26,116 nt of DNA, from positions 1-26,116 of the IMG/VR virus record IMGVR_UViG_3300022895_000025; one strand, written 5' to 3'. This DNA comes from a virus. Taxonomy: Duplodnaviria; Caudoviricetes. A program made the position numbers and the translations under genes. The notes beneath the pieces were generated by a model, which saw nothing but the letters and a program-made list of their open reading frames with translations, had not been told where the DNA came from and ran no database searches. Shown here piece by piece: positions 1 through 8,983 of the stretch; position 1 is the first letter of the stretch, and every line of letters begins with the position of its first letter.

Positions 1-2
1 TG

Positions 3-50
3 GGTCAGATCATTGGAATGCCAGTCGGTGACATGCTTTTTATGTTATAG
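3..50 (+). CDS. Possible 3' end of a flanking host gene (partial; ...GQIIGMPVGDMLFML*)
   Basis: Open frame from the window edge to TAG at 48-50, converging on the minus-strand genes. Too short to identify. Confidence 0.35.
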   Translation, partial: GQIIGMPVGDMLFML

Positions 51-121
51 ATGGATAGAAACCTCAAATTGACGGATAGAAATCAGAAAGTGACGGATTG
101 AGCCATAAAAGTGACGGATAC
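50..121. repeat. Degenerate tandem repeat with 21-bp period (core GAYGGAT)
   Basis: Cores at 50 (gatggata), 71 (gacggata), 92 (gacggatt) and 113 (gacggata), exactly 21 bp apart, between convergent genes. Resembles intergenic repeats I recall from Lysinibacillus chromosomes. Confidence 0.8.
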
Positions 122-134
122 CACTAACCGTGCT

Positions 135-506
135 TTACTTTTCCTCATTTTGATCGCGTTTGGCTTGGCGTGAAATACGAAGTAAATCAAACCCCAACAA
201 CACAACAATCATATAGAAAAGGGGGCTCGTAAACGATAAACCGATTTGCGACTGGCCACCAAGCAAGGTTAAAACAATCCATAACCCAACTGTATACAGA
301 GTCAAGCCAATATAGGCCTTTTTAGACATTCTTTTATATCTACCTTTATCTTGGGCTAGCTGTATGATAACTAGTACGACTAATATGAGAAGAATAATTT
401 TTTTAGTCAAAACCGCTGCAATAGTTGTGTCAGGGAAGAAATCATTAACGAATAATAATGTGAAAAAAACTAGAATACAGAAATTTAAGATCGTCGAGAG
501 CTTCAT
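135..506 (-). CDS. Small 4-TM membrane protein, function unknown
   Basis: 123 aa with four hydrophobic segments; RBS AAGGAG upstream of the ATG. Confidence 0.85.
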   Translation of the reverse strand: MKLSTILNFCILVFFTLLFVNDFFPDTTIAAVLTKKIILLILVVLVIIQLAQDKGRYKRMSKKAYIGLTLYTVGLWIVLTLLGGQSQIGLSFTSPLFYMIVVLLGFDLLRISRQAKRDQNEEK

Positions 507-539
507 GCTATATCTCCTTAGTTGCCAGAATTCCTTTCT

Positions 540-548
540 ATTGTAACA
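540..548 (-). promoter_or_regulatory. Putative sigma-A extended -10 (TGTTACAAT) for the 123-aa membrane gene
   Basis: TGnTACAAT on the minus strand about 35 nt upstream of the start codon; weak -35. Confidence 0.4.
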
Positions 549-616
549 TGGTTCTATTAGATGGAAATGAATTTATGTTATATGGAAGAGAAATTTATGT
601 ATGGAGTAAGAATAAT

Positions 617-844
617 TTAATTTTTGTTTAATGAATCATGGTATCTTTTGAGCATCGTTGCAAATTGTTCGCGTGTTAAGAAATTTTGAGGACTAGAGCC
701 ATCAGTTATCCCTTTATTTCTTAACCATTCCCATGCAGTATTATGTATTTTAGCAGCTTTTCTAGAAGGAATAATAGCTTGTTTTGTTTTTAATGTTTCT
801 TCAAGTTCTTTGATTTTATTAAGTAATTCTGCATATTGTGACAT
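617..844 (-). CDS. Putative in-frame internal-start product of the endolysin (75-aa C-terminal fragment MSQYAELL...)
   Basis: AAAGGAGAG-TTGACG-ATG at Met153, in the linker between the catalytic and binding domains. Confidence 0.55.
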   Translation of the reverse strand: MSQYAELLNKIKELEETLKTKQAIIPSRKAAKIHNTAWEWLRNKGITDGSSPQNFLTREQFATMLKRYHDSLNKN

Positions 845-1300
845 CGTCAACTCTCCTTTGCTAATTAAATTAGTATTTGCTTCATTCGTTAATGAAATAT
901 ATTTCATAGGATCTATTGCATTTGGCTGACCTTTATCCCATTTTCCGTTATGTATTTCATAATGGAGATGTATACCAAATGCTCTACCGCTATTACCCAT
1001 TATCCCAATTTGTTGGCCTTGCTTCACACTTTGGCCAACACGAACACAATAAGAATCTAAATGTGCATAATTCGTTTCGTATGTTTTGCCGTTAACGATA
1101 TGTTTAATCATCACTACTTTTCCATAGCTACTTAACACCTGTGCGCGACTAATGACCCCAGCAGCACTGGCGTAAATTGGAACTTTTCCTGTTGAAGCAA
1201 GATCGACACCTTGATGCCACTCATTGCCGTATCCGATATTTCTCCACCCAAATTTGCTCGTTAATCTTGCATTTTTTACTGGACAAATAAAATCTAGCAT
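617..1300 (-). CDS. Endolysin: N-terminal M23 metallopeptidase plus C-terminal SLH-like cell-wall binding motif
   Basis: M23 motifs HQGVD (HxxxD), YAHL and HLHYE (HxH); C-terminal AWEWLRNKGITDG...LTREQFATML is SLH-like; TAATG overlap with the holin. Confidence 0.9.
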   Translation of the reverse strand: MLDFICPVKNARLTSKFGWRNIGYGNEWHQGVDLASTGKVPIYASAAGVISRAQVLSSYGKVVMIKHIVNGKTYETNYAHLDSYCVRVGQSVKQGQQIGIMGNSGRAFGIHLHYEIHNGKWDKGQPNAIDPMKYISLTNEANTNLISKGELTMSQYAELLNKIKELEETLKTKQAIIPSRKAAKIHNTAWEWLRNKGITDGSSPQNFLTREQFATMLKRYHDSLNKN

Positions 1301-1581
1301 TATTGATCATCTCGTTTCGGTTTTTGATACATTAAAGCGTGTGATGAATCACTTAAGTTAGCAGTAGTTGGATCTAAAACGGCATTATATGTACTTACAG
1401 CCATTAAGGCTATTACATATGGATTTGAAGCGGCGTTGACGAGTAAGGTCTTTACACTAGACCAGGTGGTTAAATCGGCTCCTGTAATACCATAGTAGGC
1501 AAATAGGGGGGTGATAATAGATAATCCGACTGTAATCCAAAATTGAGGATTATGGATGCGAACTTTCCAATTGATTTTCAT
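1300..1581 (-). CDS. Holin, phi LC3 family
   Basis: MKINWKVRIHNPQFW N-terminus, two hydrophobic segments and a DPTT..LSDS..A..Y..P C-terminal signature. ATG at 1581 fits the AAAGGA RBS better than TTG at 1590. Confidence 0.9.
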   Translation of the reverse strand: MKINWKVRIHNPQFWITVGLSIITPLFAYYGITGADLTTWSSVKTLLVNAASNPYVIALMAVSTYNAVLDPTTANLSDSSHALMYQKPKRDDQ

Positions 1582-1598
1582 AAAGATCAAATCCTTTC

Positions 1599-2012
1599 TT
1601 AGAGACCTAATTTAAATAATATCCAAGCGCTAATAACTACTGTTGGCAGTAAAATCCACCAAATAAGATACTTATATAAAATTTCATTGAAGGAAATTGT
1701 TCCCTTGCTTGTTTCAGTTTTTAAATCTTCCTCGATTCCATCAACACGGTTTCTAATATTTTTTACATTATTTTGTAATTCATCCTGAGACAAATTCAAT
1801 TTAGTTAGGTTTAAATTTATGTTATTAAAAGTTTTATCCATTTTATTTAATTGTATTTGCTGATGTTTATTCATTTCTTGCTGTTGTTCAGATACAATTG
1901 TTAAGCGGTAAAGTAACTCTTTATCTTTTTCTAAGTTAGTGAGTTTATTACCTTGATTTTTTAACTCTGTTTCTATACTTGCTAATCGTTCTCCAATTTT
2001 TTCATTCTCCAA
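1599..2012 (-). CDS. Lysis-cassette membrane protein (XhlA/BhlA-like coiled coil with C-terminal TM)
   Basis: 137 aa, heptad-rich, single C-terminal TM (YLIWWILLPTVVISAWILF); lies directly before the holin; TTG start with GGTGAT RBS. Confidence 0.65.
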   Translation of the reverse strand: MENEKIGERLASIETELKNQGNKLTNLEKDKELLYRLTIVSEQQQEMNKHQQIQLNKMDKTFNNINLNLTKLNLSQDELQNNVKNIRNRVDGIEEDLKTETSKGTISFNEILYKYLIWWILLPTVVISAWILFKLGL

Positions 2013-2035
2013 TGTATCACCAACTTTTATTAAAA

Positions 2036-2074
2036 TAATAAAAGAGTAGGGGAGAATGAACTCACGCCTACTCT
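2036..2074 (-). terminator. Intrinsic terminator-like hairpin between the fibre genes and the lysis cassette
   Basis: AGAGTAGG (2043-2050) pairs with CCTACTCT (2067-2074), with an inner GAG/CTC, followed by a T-rich run on the minus strand. Confidence 0.6.
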
Positions 2075-2164
2075 AATTGAAATAATTAATTATGTACTTT
2101 ATAAAATTTATTCACTATGTAATTTCTTGTATATCAGTGTAGTTTTAAATAGAGCATCATCTTC

Positions 2165-5146
2165 TTACTGCAAAAGCACTCTAGTCCCTGATTTAAACCT
2201 CATTACTGGGAATATATTATACTGATATGTAAGGTCCTTGATAGGTGTAGTACTACTTCCAGTCTTTCCATAATAAGTTGCTTGCCTGCTGTCGCTATAA
2301 GACTTACTTGCAGCCCAAGCTCTAGTAGCTCCAGAGTTCCATATAGCATAGCTATTCATATAACTCTTGGCATTATTTTTTTCCATTAACTGCTGAGTAG
2401 GAAGACTAATTGTTGTATTTAATCTTATTGCTGGAGCTGTACTTGTTCTTTCTAGCTCCCAAGTAACATTTTCTTCTACAGCAGCCCTTTCTGCTTCTTC
2501 CATAATCGTATTGTAAAAAGTATTATTTAACCAGTAGGCAATATTTGTAGTAATTTGAGGATTGAATTGTGAACCTGTACCAGTATCGAACGCCCTTATA
2601 CCAATACTTTCTCTCCTCATAACGTATCTGTTAGACAAAAAAATATATTCAGATCCATCAGGTAGTGATAGTCTATCTCCAGTTGAACAGTTATCTATAA
2701 GAGAAAGAACACCAGTAATATCATATGTGAAAGTGTATGCTTTGGTCTTATATTTATAATATAAAGTAACATTACCATTGTTATCGACTATAAACCAATC
2801 ACCATTTAATTTGTCACCGTTGCCCATTTCAAACCAATTAACAGTATTGATGCCTCTTGTCCATCTATTGTCAATCACCTTATCTTCTTTAGCCACATCA
2901 TATATGTTTATCAAACCTGTATTTCCGTCTATCGTCAACAACGGTTTAGATGGTGGTTCAATCATGTCAACGGTTGTTTTAAATACTATAACTCCTTCTG
3001 CTCCATGTGCCATTTTTATATACAATGTATAATCTTCATCGGCTATAGAGCTAGGTATATAAACAGTTCTAGTGGTTGAATCTAATAATTGAACAACGGC
3101 TCCTAAACTTCCGTTATTGAAATCTGATATTGTTTTAATCCCTTTTAAAATACTTACTATATCTGGCATTTCATCATCAGGGTTCCACTCAAAGATAAAT
3201 CTTTTATCTATTCCCCAAATATCAAAAGGAATTGATATTTCTTTTGATAATTGATTGGGCCTCACATTAAAAACATATTCGAATTGGTAATCATCTTCTA
3301 ATACATAATATAATGTATGTTCTCCTACTTCCGTTACAGTGAAAGAATTGCCTGTTATAATAATTCCATTCTTGTCAAACCACGCAATATTTTTTCTTCC
3401 TACATCCCATTTTTTTAAAGTAGCATTATAGTAATCCGGGCTATACGTAACAGTGGCTAAACCATCTAGTATAGAAATACTAACTACAGGAGTTTCTATG
3501 TTATTCTGAGTTGTAAAAAATGTAAATAAATGTTCGCCACCTAATATATCTTTTACATATAATGTATGTTCTCCTACTTCTGTTACATTGAACTCATACC
3601 CTGTGAAAGAATTACCTTCAGTTCTAAAATATTCTACATTTCTTTCACCGACATCCCACTTTTTAATAACAAAATCAGAGTCATTTTGAGTACTATCAAA
3701 TACTATCTTTGTTACTCCAAATTTCGTGGAAACATCAGGGGGTAGGACAATGAAGAAGTTAGTAACAAAATCCCTATTTCTATATTTATAATAATAAGTA
3801 TTGATGCCAGAATTATTAACAAAGAATATATTTTCCTTTAGAATATGACCGTTTTCATTAAACCAATCAGTATCTCTATCGCCTTCCTCCCATTTCTTCA
3901 AAGACACTAGCGCCTCGACTTCTGAGGTGTATTCAACATTAACAGTAAATACTCCTTTGACAGAAATAGTCGGTGGGGTATGAGGGTGGATCTGCCCTTG
4001 ACTAACATCTATAGTAGTAATATAATCATGGCCATTATCTTCCTTCCAATAAATAGTATACTTTCCTATTGAAGTGATTGGATAACGCCCATCAATAATT
4101 ACAAATCCATTTTCATCGAAATAGGACTTATCCTTTACTCCAGCTGCTATCTTAATAATATTTATTGGTATAGGAGATTCAAACTCTATTGTTAACAATC
4201 CGTCAAATACTTGAATATCCGGTATATGTGTTTGAGGCATATCTTGAGTAATATTAAAATAAACCAAATACTCATTACCATCACTTATCTTATAATACAA
4301 TGTATGTCTTCCTGCTTTATCTATAAGAAATGTTTTAGTATCCAACAAATTACCATAATTTTGAAAGTATTCAATATTATTGATTTCATTATATTCCCAC
4401 TTTTGCAAGGATAGTAATGTTGTGGGATCATGGTTAACAGTAACTTCATTATCTATTACTGTGATGAGAGGTGGTATAGTAGGTGAATTAGGATTGAATT
4501 GGTTTTGCACTAATTTGTACTTAGTATCTGCTGGGTCGTAGTATATCATCTTACCATCAGAATTCAATCCTAAACCATGTACCATTTCTGTAGCTAAATT
4601 AGTGTTAATATGAGTACTATATGAAGGTGGAAGGTATTCTTCTAAAATTTTATTGTTAGAATCTGTTATAGCTACTCCATTAGCAGTATCTAATATATCT
4701 TTCTTAATCAGATTACTATACAATCCGTACGCTTCATTAAGCTGACCTATTACTTGTCTTACATAGTTCATCTCTGCTGAATCTTTTTTGTAGACAACTA
4801 AAGAAAATGCAGGCAGAATCTTGTTTGAATTGGTAATCTTGATAGTTGGTGAAGCGCTAAAAATAGTGTCTACCTTTAACATTTCATCTGGTAATTGTAC
4901 TCTTACCAATTTCTCGTTATTGACTGTTACTATATTGCTGTTATTGAACGTCGTAGTAAATACTTGAGAGGCATTCCCACTATTTCTAAATACTATAGTT
5001 AAACTATTAAAAAGGCTCATGTCTAATGGATAGTTATTCTTAATTAATCTAAAAAGATATGAAGCCCTCTCTGATTGCGCAAAAGAATAATCGCTAATTT
5101 TAACTTTACCGTCTATATCCAAATTAAGCTTAACTTCTTGGGTCAT
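2165..5146 (-). CDS. Tail fibre/receptor-binding protein 3 (993 aa): divergent BppU-like N-terminus, about 7 copies of an ~80-aa repeat, C-terminal DUF6273-like domain
   Basis: Start reassigned to ATG 5146 (MTQEVKL; RBS AAAGGAG). Shares the ANG(V/I)A..DS..KI...P....H...VHG motif with the two upstream fibres. Repeats match KKW..G.R...(W/Y)F...G....F.V...G.HTLY; C-terminal NIAYWLNNTFYN...IFPVM. Confidence 0.75.
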   Translation of the reverse strand: MTQEVKLNLDIDGKVKISDYSFAQSERASYLFRLIKNNYPLDMSLFNSLTIVFRNSGNASQVFTTTFNNSNIVTVNNEKLVRVQLPDEMLKVDTIFSASPTIKITNSNKILPAFSLVVYKKDSAEMNYVRQVIGQLNEAYGLYSNLIKKDILDTANGVAITDSNNKILEEYLPPSYSTHINTNLATEMVHGLGLNSDGKMIYYDPADTKYKLVQNQFNPNSPTIPPLITVIDNEVTVNHDPTTLLSLQKWEYNEINNIEYFQNYGNLLDTKTFLIDKAGRHTLYYKISDGNEYLVYFNITQDMPQTHIPDIQVFDGLLTIEFESPIPINIIKIAAGVKDKSYFDENGFVIIDGRYPITSIGKYTIYWKEDNGHDYITTIDVSQGQIHPHTPPTISVKGVFTVNVEYTSEVEALVSLKKWEEGDRDTDWFNENGHILKENIFFVNNSGINTYYYKYRNRDFVTNFFIVLPPDVSTKFGVTKIVFDSTQNDSDFVIKKWDVGERNVEYFRTEGNSFTGYEFNVTEVGEHTLYVKDILGGEHLFTFFTTQNNIETPVVSISILDGLATVTYSPDYYNATLKKWDVGRKNIAWFDKNGIIITGNSFTVTEVGEHTLYYVLEDDYQFEYVFNVRPNQLSKEISIPFDIWGIDKRFIFEWNPDDEMPDIVSILKGIKTISDFNNGSLGAVVQLLDSTTRTVYIPSSIADEDYTLYIKMAHGAEGVIVFKTTVDMIEPPSKPLLTIDGNTGLINIYDVAKEDKVIDNRWTRGINTVNWFEMGNGDKLNGDWFIVDNNGNVTLYYKYKTKAYTFTYDITGVLSLIDNCSTGDRLSLPDGSEYIFLSNRYVMRRESIGIRAFDTGTGSQFNPQITTNIAYWLNNTFYNTIMEEAERAAVEENVTWELERTSTAPAIRLNTTISLPTQQLMEKNNAKSYMNSYAIWNSGATRAWAASKSYSDSRQATYYGKTGSSTTPIKDLTYQYNIFPVMRFKSGTRVLLQ

Positions 5147-5169
5147 ATTAAATCTCCTTTCTTTTATAT

Positions 5170-5197
5170 AAAAAAAGAGGGGAGATGCCCCTCTTTT
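5170..5197 (-). terminator. Intrinsic terminator after fibre 2
   Basis: AAAAGAGGGG (5173-5182) pairs with CCCCTCTTTT (5188-5197); 5-nt loop; T7 tail on the minus strand. Confidence 0.8.
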
Positions 5198-8100
5198 AAA
5201 AATCACTATATGTATATCTATTTGTTGGTAATCTTTGTTCTAACATGGTTTTTAATGTAGAATTAGATCTGCCGTAACAATTAATGACTCCTGTGTTTGA
5301 AACAGAGATAAATATATGTTGAGGTCTCATGAATTCACAATCTTTATTGTACACGTATACTTTTATTGCTGTCGATTGCAATGGCATAAAGCCGTAAATT
5401 TTTTCAACTGTAACAGGAATATGAACTTCTGTAGATGGAAAGTTCATCCACATATCAAATGTAAAATTGTCATTATTACCTAACTCTCTTAAAGTTCTAC
5501 CGTCAATTTTTGTAGGTAAATCCCAACGGCCTGGGGGCACCGCATTTTTATGTAGGAAGCTTACCATAGCGATAGCATCTTCATCATCATATGCATAGTA
5601 CACAATATGGTCTTTGACTATCACATGAAGTTCTGACCTTAGTCCGTTAGAGTTTTCTAAACCGAAAGTCCATTTACCTTCTACTGTTAAATCATCGTAG
5701 TTAAATGGAATACCACCGAACATTGTTTTCATATTTTTAGGTATTCTATCTACTGATGGGTTATACTTTTCGGAATAAGGGACATAGGTACTACTATCGA
5801 AAGGCTTCCATTTGACAATATCGGCAGAATTATCTGTTGCGTAAAATCTAATAGAATATCCTCCTTCATTGCTAGCATAACCCACAGTATCTCTAAAGAA
5901 TCGTGGTTTAGCAAGAACACCTATTAATTCCCAAGTGTCTATCCAGAAGTCATTGTTTCTATCACTTACGTAACCTGCATTAATAGTTTGGAATTTACCT
6001 TTTAATTCATTAAGAATAGCATTGTCAGCGGTATTATCGACAGCATAAACTACAAACTCTAAAAGGTTTTTACTTCGGCCTAGCTGTATTAAAGGTGATA
6101 CATCTGTGAATTGTATTTTCTCACCAGGAACAAATGGGTTGAAGGATGCTCTAAATCTATGAGCGTTTATCAGCAATTCTATCCCTGTCAAGTCTGTGAT
6201 TTTTCCTAACTTATCGGTATCAAAATCTTCTATAGAATACATCTCTGCAACTGTGATTTTAGAAGAATTATCGTTACCTTTCCCTAAAATAGAATTTAAT
6301 ATCTTTCTTAACTCAAGGTCTGGAATATGTGCAAACAAAGTGTTTTCTATATTATTCTCTACTTCTACTAGCTCTGCTAAATCCAACTGTATAAATGGTC
6401 TGATACCACTAATCATATCAGCTCTATAGGACGATAAGTGCATATTGTTCCCTAAACGTGTACTATTTCTCAAATATGAAAAAGCGGAAATGGTAGACTC
6501 ATTAGTTACAAGCCAATAACTATCATCGTCTCTGAATTTACTCATAGCGATTTCTTTATATCCAGATACCCACATATCATATGTCATGCTAAAGTACTCT
6601 GTGGACACTGTAATAGGATTTCGATTAGTGCCAACTTTCAAAGGGTATGTTTTTGGTTTACTTTTATCTCTCAAATACATAGCTCTCTTAAAGTTAGCTA
6701 GTGTTTTACCGATACCATAATCTAAGTTGAATGGTAATATGTCACTTACTTGAGAAAAGTCCCCTTTGAATGGTATTTTTGACATAGCGAATATCCCATT
6801 GCCCATATGTACCCACTCAAAACCTCCGACATTAGCATAGGCTCCAGTTTCTAATGTATTAACTGCCACCTCAGAGAAGGAAACTCTTCCAACTTGAGTA
6901 TTAGGAGTTAGGTAAATAGAAGGGTTGATATTCATTATAGTGTCGTTTCTCCAATTATCAATATATGAGTAATCTTGATTATCATTAGAGAAGCTTAAAG
7001 CGGCTGATGCATAATGTTCATTGCCATAAGTTATTAGCCAAGAATTAGATGATGATTTGAAGTGTTGCAAAATATCCCTCTTGTTTTCTATGTCACTTTT
7101 AGACATAAGACCTACTTTAGCTTCCACATCCGGAGCATAAGGGTGTACATTACTAGTGCGATCTTCTCTAGTGTCCCAAATCTTAGTTACTATGTTAACT
7201 CGGTCATTGCTTGGTAGGGAATTAAAGAAATCGACATTTAACCAATATCCGATGTTATCTTTTCTAAAAGGATTAAACATAGGGAATAGGGTGTCTAATT
7301 TATCAAAAGCCTTCATGGCGACAGGGTCTCTTGCAACCAATTTACGGTTAGCTTTATCTATTAAAATCCAATTGATACCTGCGAATTTAACTACTTCACC
7401 CTCGTTAAAGTTTTCAATAAGTTCTTTGATTTCGCTAGTATCTTGATCATATTCTACTTTAAAGTTAGGGTCTACATACACTACTGCCCTAGAATCTGAT
7501 ATTGAAGTTACACTGTCTGCATTTTTATATTGGAAGATGTCGAATGGAGACTGTCTCAAAGAGTCTTCATTAGTATTTGGATAAGCGAAAATATTTAAGG
7601 GGTCGCTAGAGTCTTTCGTCATTGTATAAGAATACATTTCACGACTTTCAGGCTTTGTATACTTTAAGATACTCTTATATTTTAACCATTCTGATAAAGT
7701 TAATAGACCCACCTTAGCATCTACAGTATATCCATCCTCTGCTACTTCCGTTCCATTCTTCCACTGCATCCTTCTTAAAGCATTTTTGAACGAAGTTTCT
7801 AGTCCATTATAGAATTTAACATTCAACAAATATGCTAGGTGAGTAGCCTTGTCTATTGCAAAATTTCTTGTTCTGTTTTGTCTAGGCACATCCTCATCAT
7901 AACCATGCATATAGCTAGTCTTTATTTTATCTGCGTACCAAAGCATTCCAGTAGAGGGCTCTAATACCTGCCAATCATATCCACTAATATTGACTATAGA
8001 ACCTTGTTCTAAATCCTTAATAGGTTTCTTTGGTTTAGATATTGGCAATTGTGATTCCATAACTGAAAATACTACTACATACTCTCGACCATCTTGCAGT

Positions 8101-8969
8101 TTGTAATAGAATGTATAGGTGCCAGCCTCTGTTACTGTGAATGTATTTCCTGTAAAGGTGAATCCATTACTTTGAAACCAAGGTATAGCTCTATCTCCTA
8201 GATCCCATTTCTTAAGAACCGGAACATCACCATCTGGATATACGATAGTTACCATACCATCTTCTATCACAATGTTGGGAGGTGTGTGTGTAGGGAGAGT
8301 ACCTTCTCCTATTGGGTTATCAGAGAATATGACATTATTCCAAGCGTCATCTTTATCTTTAACCATAGCTACGCCATTAGGTGTGATTCTAATGTCATGA
8401 ACACCTTCTTCACTTCTAGCATAAGCAGCTAAGTGATTTTTCAGGAAGTCTGGTGTCTGACTTTCTACAATTTTTTTATTACTATCTAAAGATGCTATGC
8501 CATTTAGAGCACCAATCTCACTAAGATTAATACCTTGCGTTAATTTTAACTGAAATGCCTCAATTTCTTTATTTAGGTCATCTATGATTGAAATGAAACT
8601 TAAATCCTCTTGAGATAAATTATCATAAAATCTAACTTTTATAGGAGTAGGGGAGACCCTATCAGTGTCTTTTATTAAAGTTAGATATATTGTATAAATA
8701 CCGACCTCAACCATATGTATTTGGGAAAATTGAAAAACAATCCAATTTACACCGTTTATTTTTTCCTTTTTTGCAAAATCAATTAGTTTAACTTTACTAG
8801 GCATCTCTATTGTTACTTCTGCTTTGTCAAATTGAGTTATGTCGAAAGCTATACCATTATCATGTATCCTAAATTTTAGTATAGCTGTATCTCCACGCCT
8901 GAATCGGGGAGGGGAAATGCTAGGTACGAATTTTAAGTCCATATCAATTAGGTATTCATTGTGTGCCAA
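5196..8969 (-). CDS. Tail fibre/receptor-binding protein 2 (1257 aa): BppU-like N-terminus, one ~80-aa repeat, 3 DUF6273-like domains, internalin-like LRR cap, BspA-like LRR end
   Basis: FRRGDTAILKFRIHDNG N-terminus (BppU/DUF2479-like); three units with G..V...G..W, two of them with AKVGL; IPDLELRKILNSILGK...ITDLTGIELL; LPTKIDG...VHIPVTVEKI...YGRSNS. TTG start with GGAGGGAG RBS. Confidence 0.75.
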   Translation of the reverse strand: MAHNEYLIDMDLKFVPSISPPRFRRGDTAILKFRIHDNGIAFDITQFDKAEVTIEMPSKVKLIDFAKKEKINGVNWIVFQFSQIHMVEVGIYTIYLTLIKDTDRVSPTPIKVRFYDNLSQEDLSFISIIDDLNKEIEAFQLKLTQGINLSEIGALNGIASLDSNKKIVESQTPDFLKNHLAAYARSEEGVHDIRITPNGVAMVKDKDDAWNNVIFSDNPIGEGTLPTHTPPNIVIEDGMVTIVYPDGDVPVLKKWDLGDRAIPWFQSNGFTFTGNTFTVTEAGTYTFYYKLQDGREYVVVFSVMESQLPISKPKKPIKDLEQGSIVNISGYDWQVLEPSTGMLWYADKIKTSYMHGYDEDVPRQNRTRNFAIDKATHLAYLLNVKFYNGLETSFKNALRRMQWKNGTEVAEDGYTVDAKVGLLTLSEWLKYKSILKYTKPESREMYSYTMTKDSSDPLNIFAYPNTNEDSLRQSPFDIFQYKNADSVTSISDSRAVVYVDPNFKVEYDQDTSEIKELIENFNEGEVVKFAGINWILIDKANRKLVARDPVAMKAFDKLDTLFPMFNPFRKDNIGYWLNVDFFNSLPSNDRVNIVTKIWDTREDRTSNVHPYAPDVEAKVGLMSKSDIENKRDILQHFKSSSNSWLITYGNEHYASAALSFSNDNQDYSYIDNWRNDTIMNINPSIYLTPNTQVGRVSFSEVAVNTLETGAYANVGGFEWVHMGNGIFAMSKIPFKGDFSQVSDILPFNLDYGIGKTLANFKRAMYLRDKSKPKTYPLKVGTNRNPITVSTEYFSMTYDMWVSGYKEIAMSKFRDDDSYWLVTNESTISAFSYLRNSTRLGNNMHLSSYRADMISGIRPFIQLDLAELVEVENNIENTLFAHIPDLELRKILNSILGKGNDNSSKITVAEMYSIEDFDTDKLGKITDLTGIELLINAHRFRASFNPFVPGEKIQFTDVSPLIQLGRSKNLLEFVVYAVDNTADNAILNELKGKFQTINAGYVSDRNNDFWIDTWELIGVLAKPRFFRDTVGYASNEGGYSIRFYATDNSADIVKWKPFDSSTYVPYSEKYNPSVDRIPKNMKTMFGGIPFNYDDLTVEGKWTFGLENSNGLRSELHVIVKDHIVYYAYDDEDAIAMVSFLHKNAVPPGRWDLPTKIDGRTLRELGNNDNFTFDMWMNFPSTEVHIPVTVEKIYGFMPLQSTAIKVYVYNKDCEFMRPQHIFISVSNTGVINCYGRSNSTLKTMLEQRLPTNRYTYSDF

Positions 8970-8983
8970 GAAACTCCCTCCTT

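Noticed and set aside
50-121. CRISPR array
   Set aside because: The period is only 21 bp with a 7-8 bp core, there are no spacer-sized unique segments, and no cas genes.
1581-1590. Holin/antiholin dual-start motif
   Set aside because: The upstream TTG is too close to the RBS and the extension (MIF) has no basic residue.
5147-5206. ORF-track start of fibre 3 at 5206
   Set aside because: It runs through the terminator hairpin and the end of fibre 2; ATG 5146 has a proper RBS.
2165-8969. Diversity-generating retroelement acting on the DUF6273-like domains
   Set aside because: No reverse transcriptase and no adenine-mismatched template/variable repeat pair was seen in the window. A remote DGR is not excluded.
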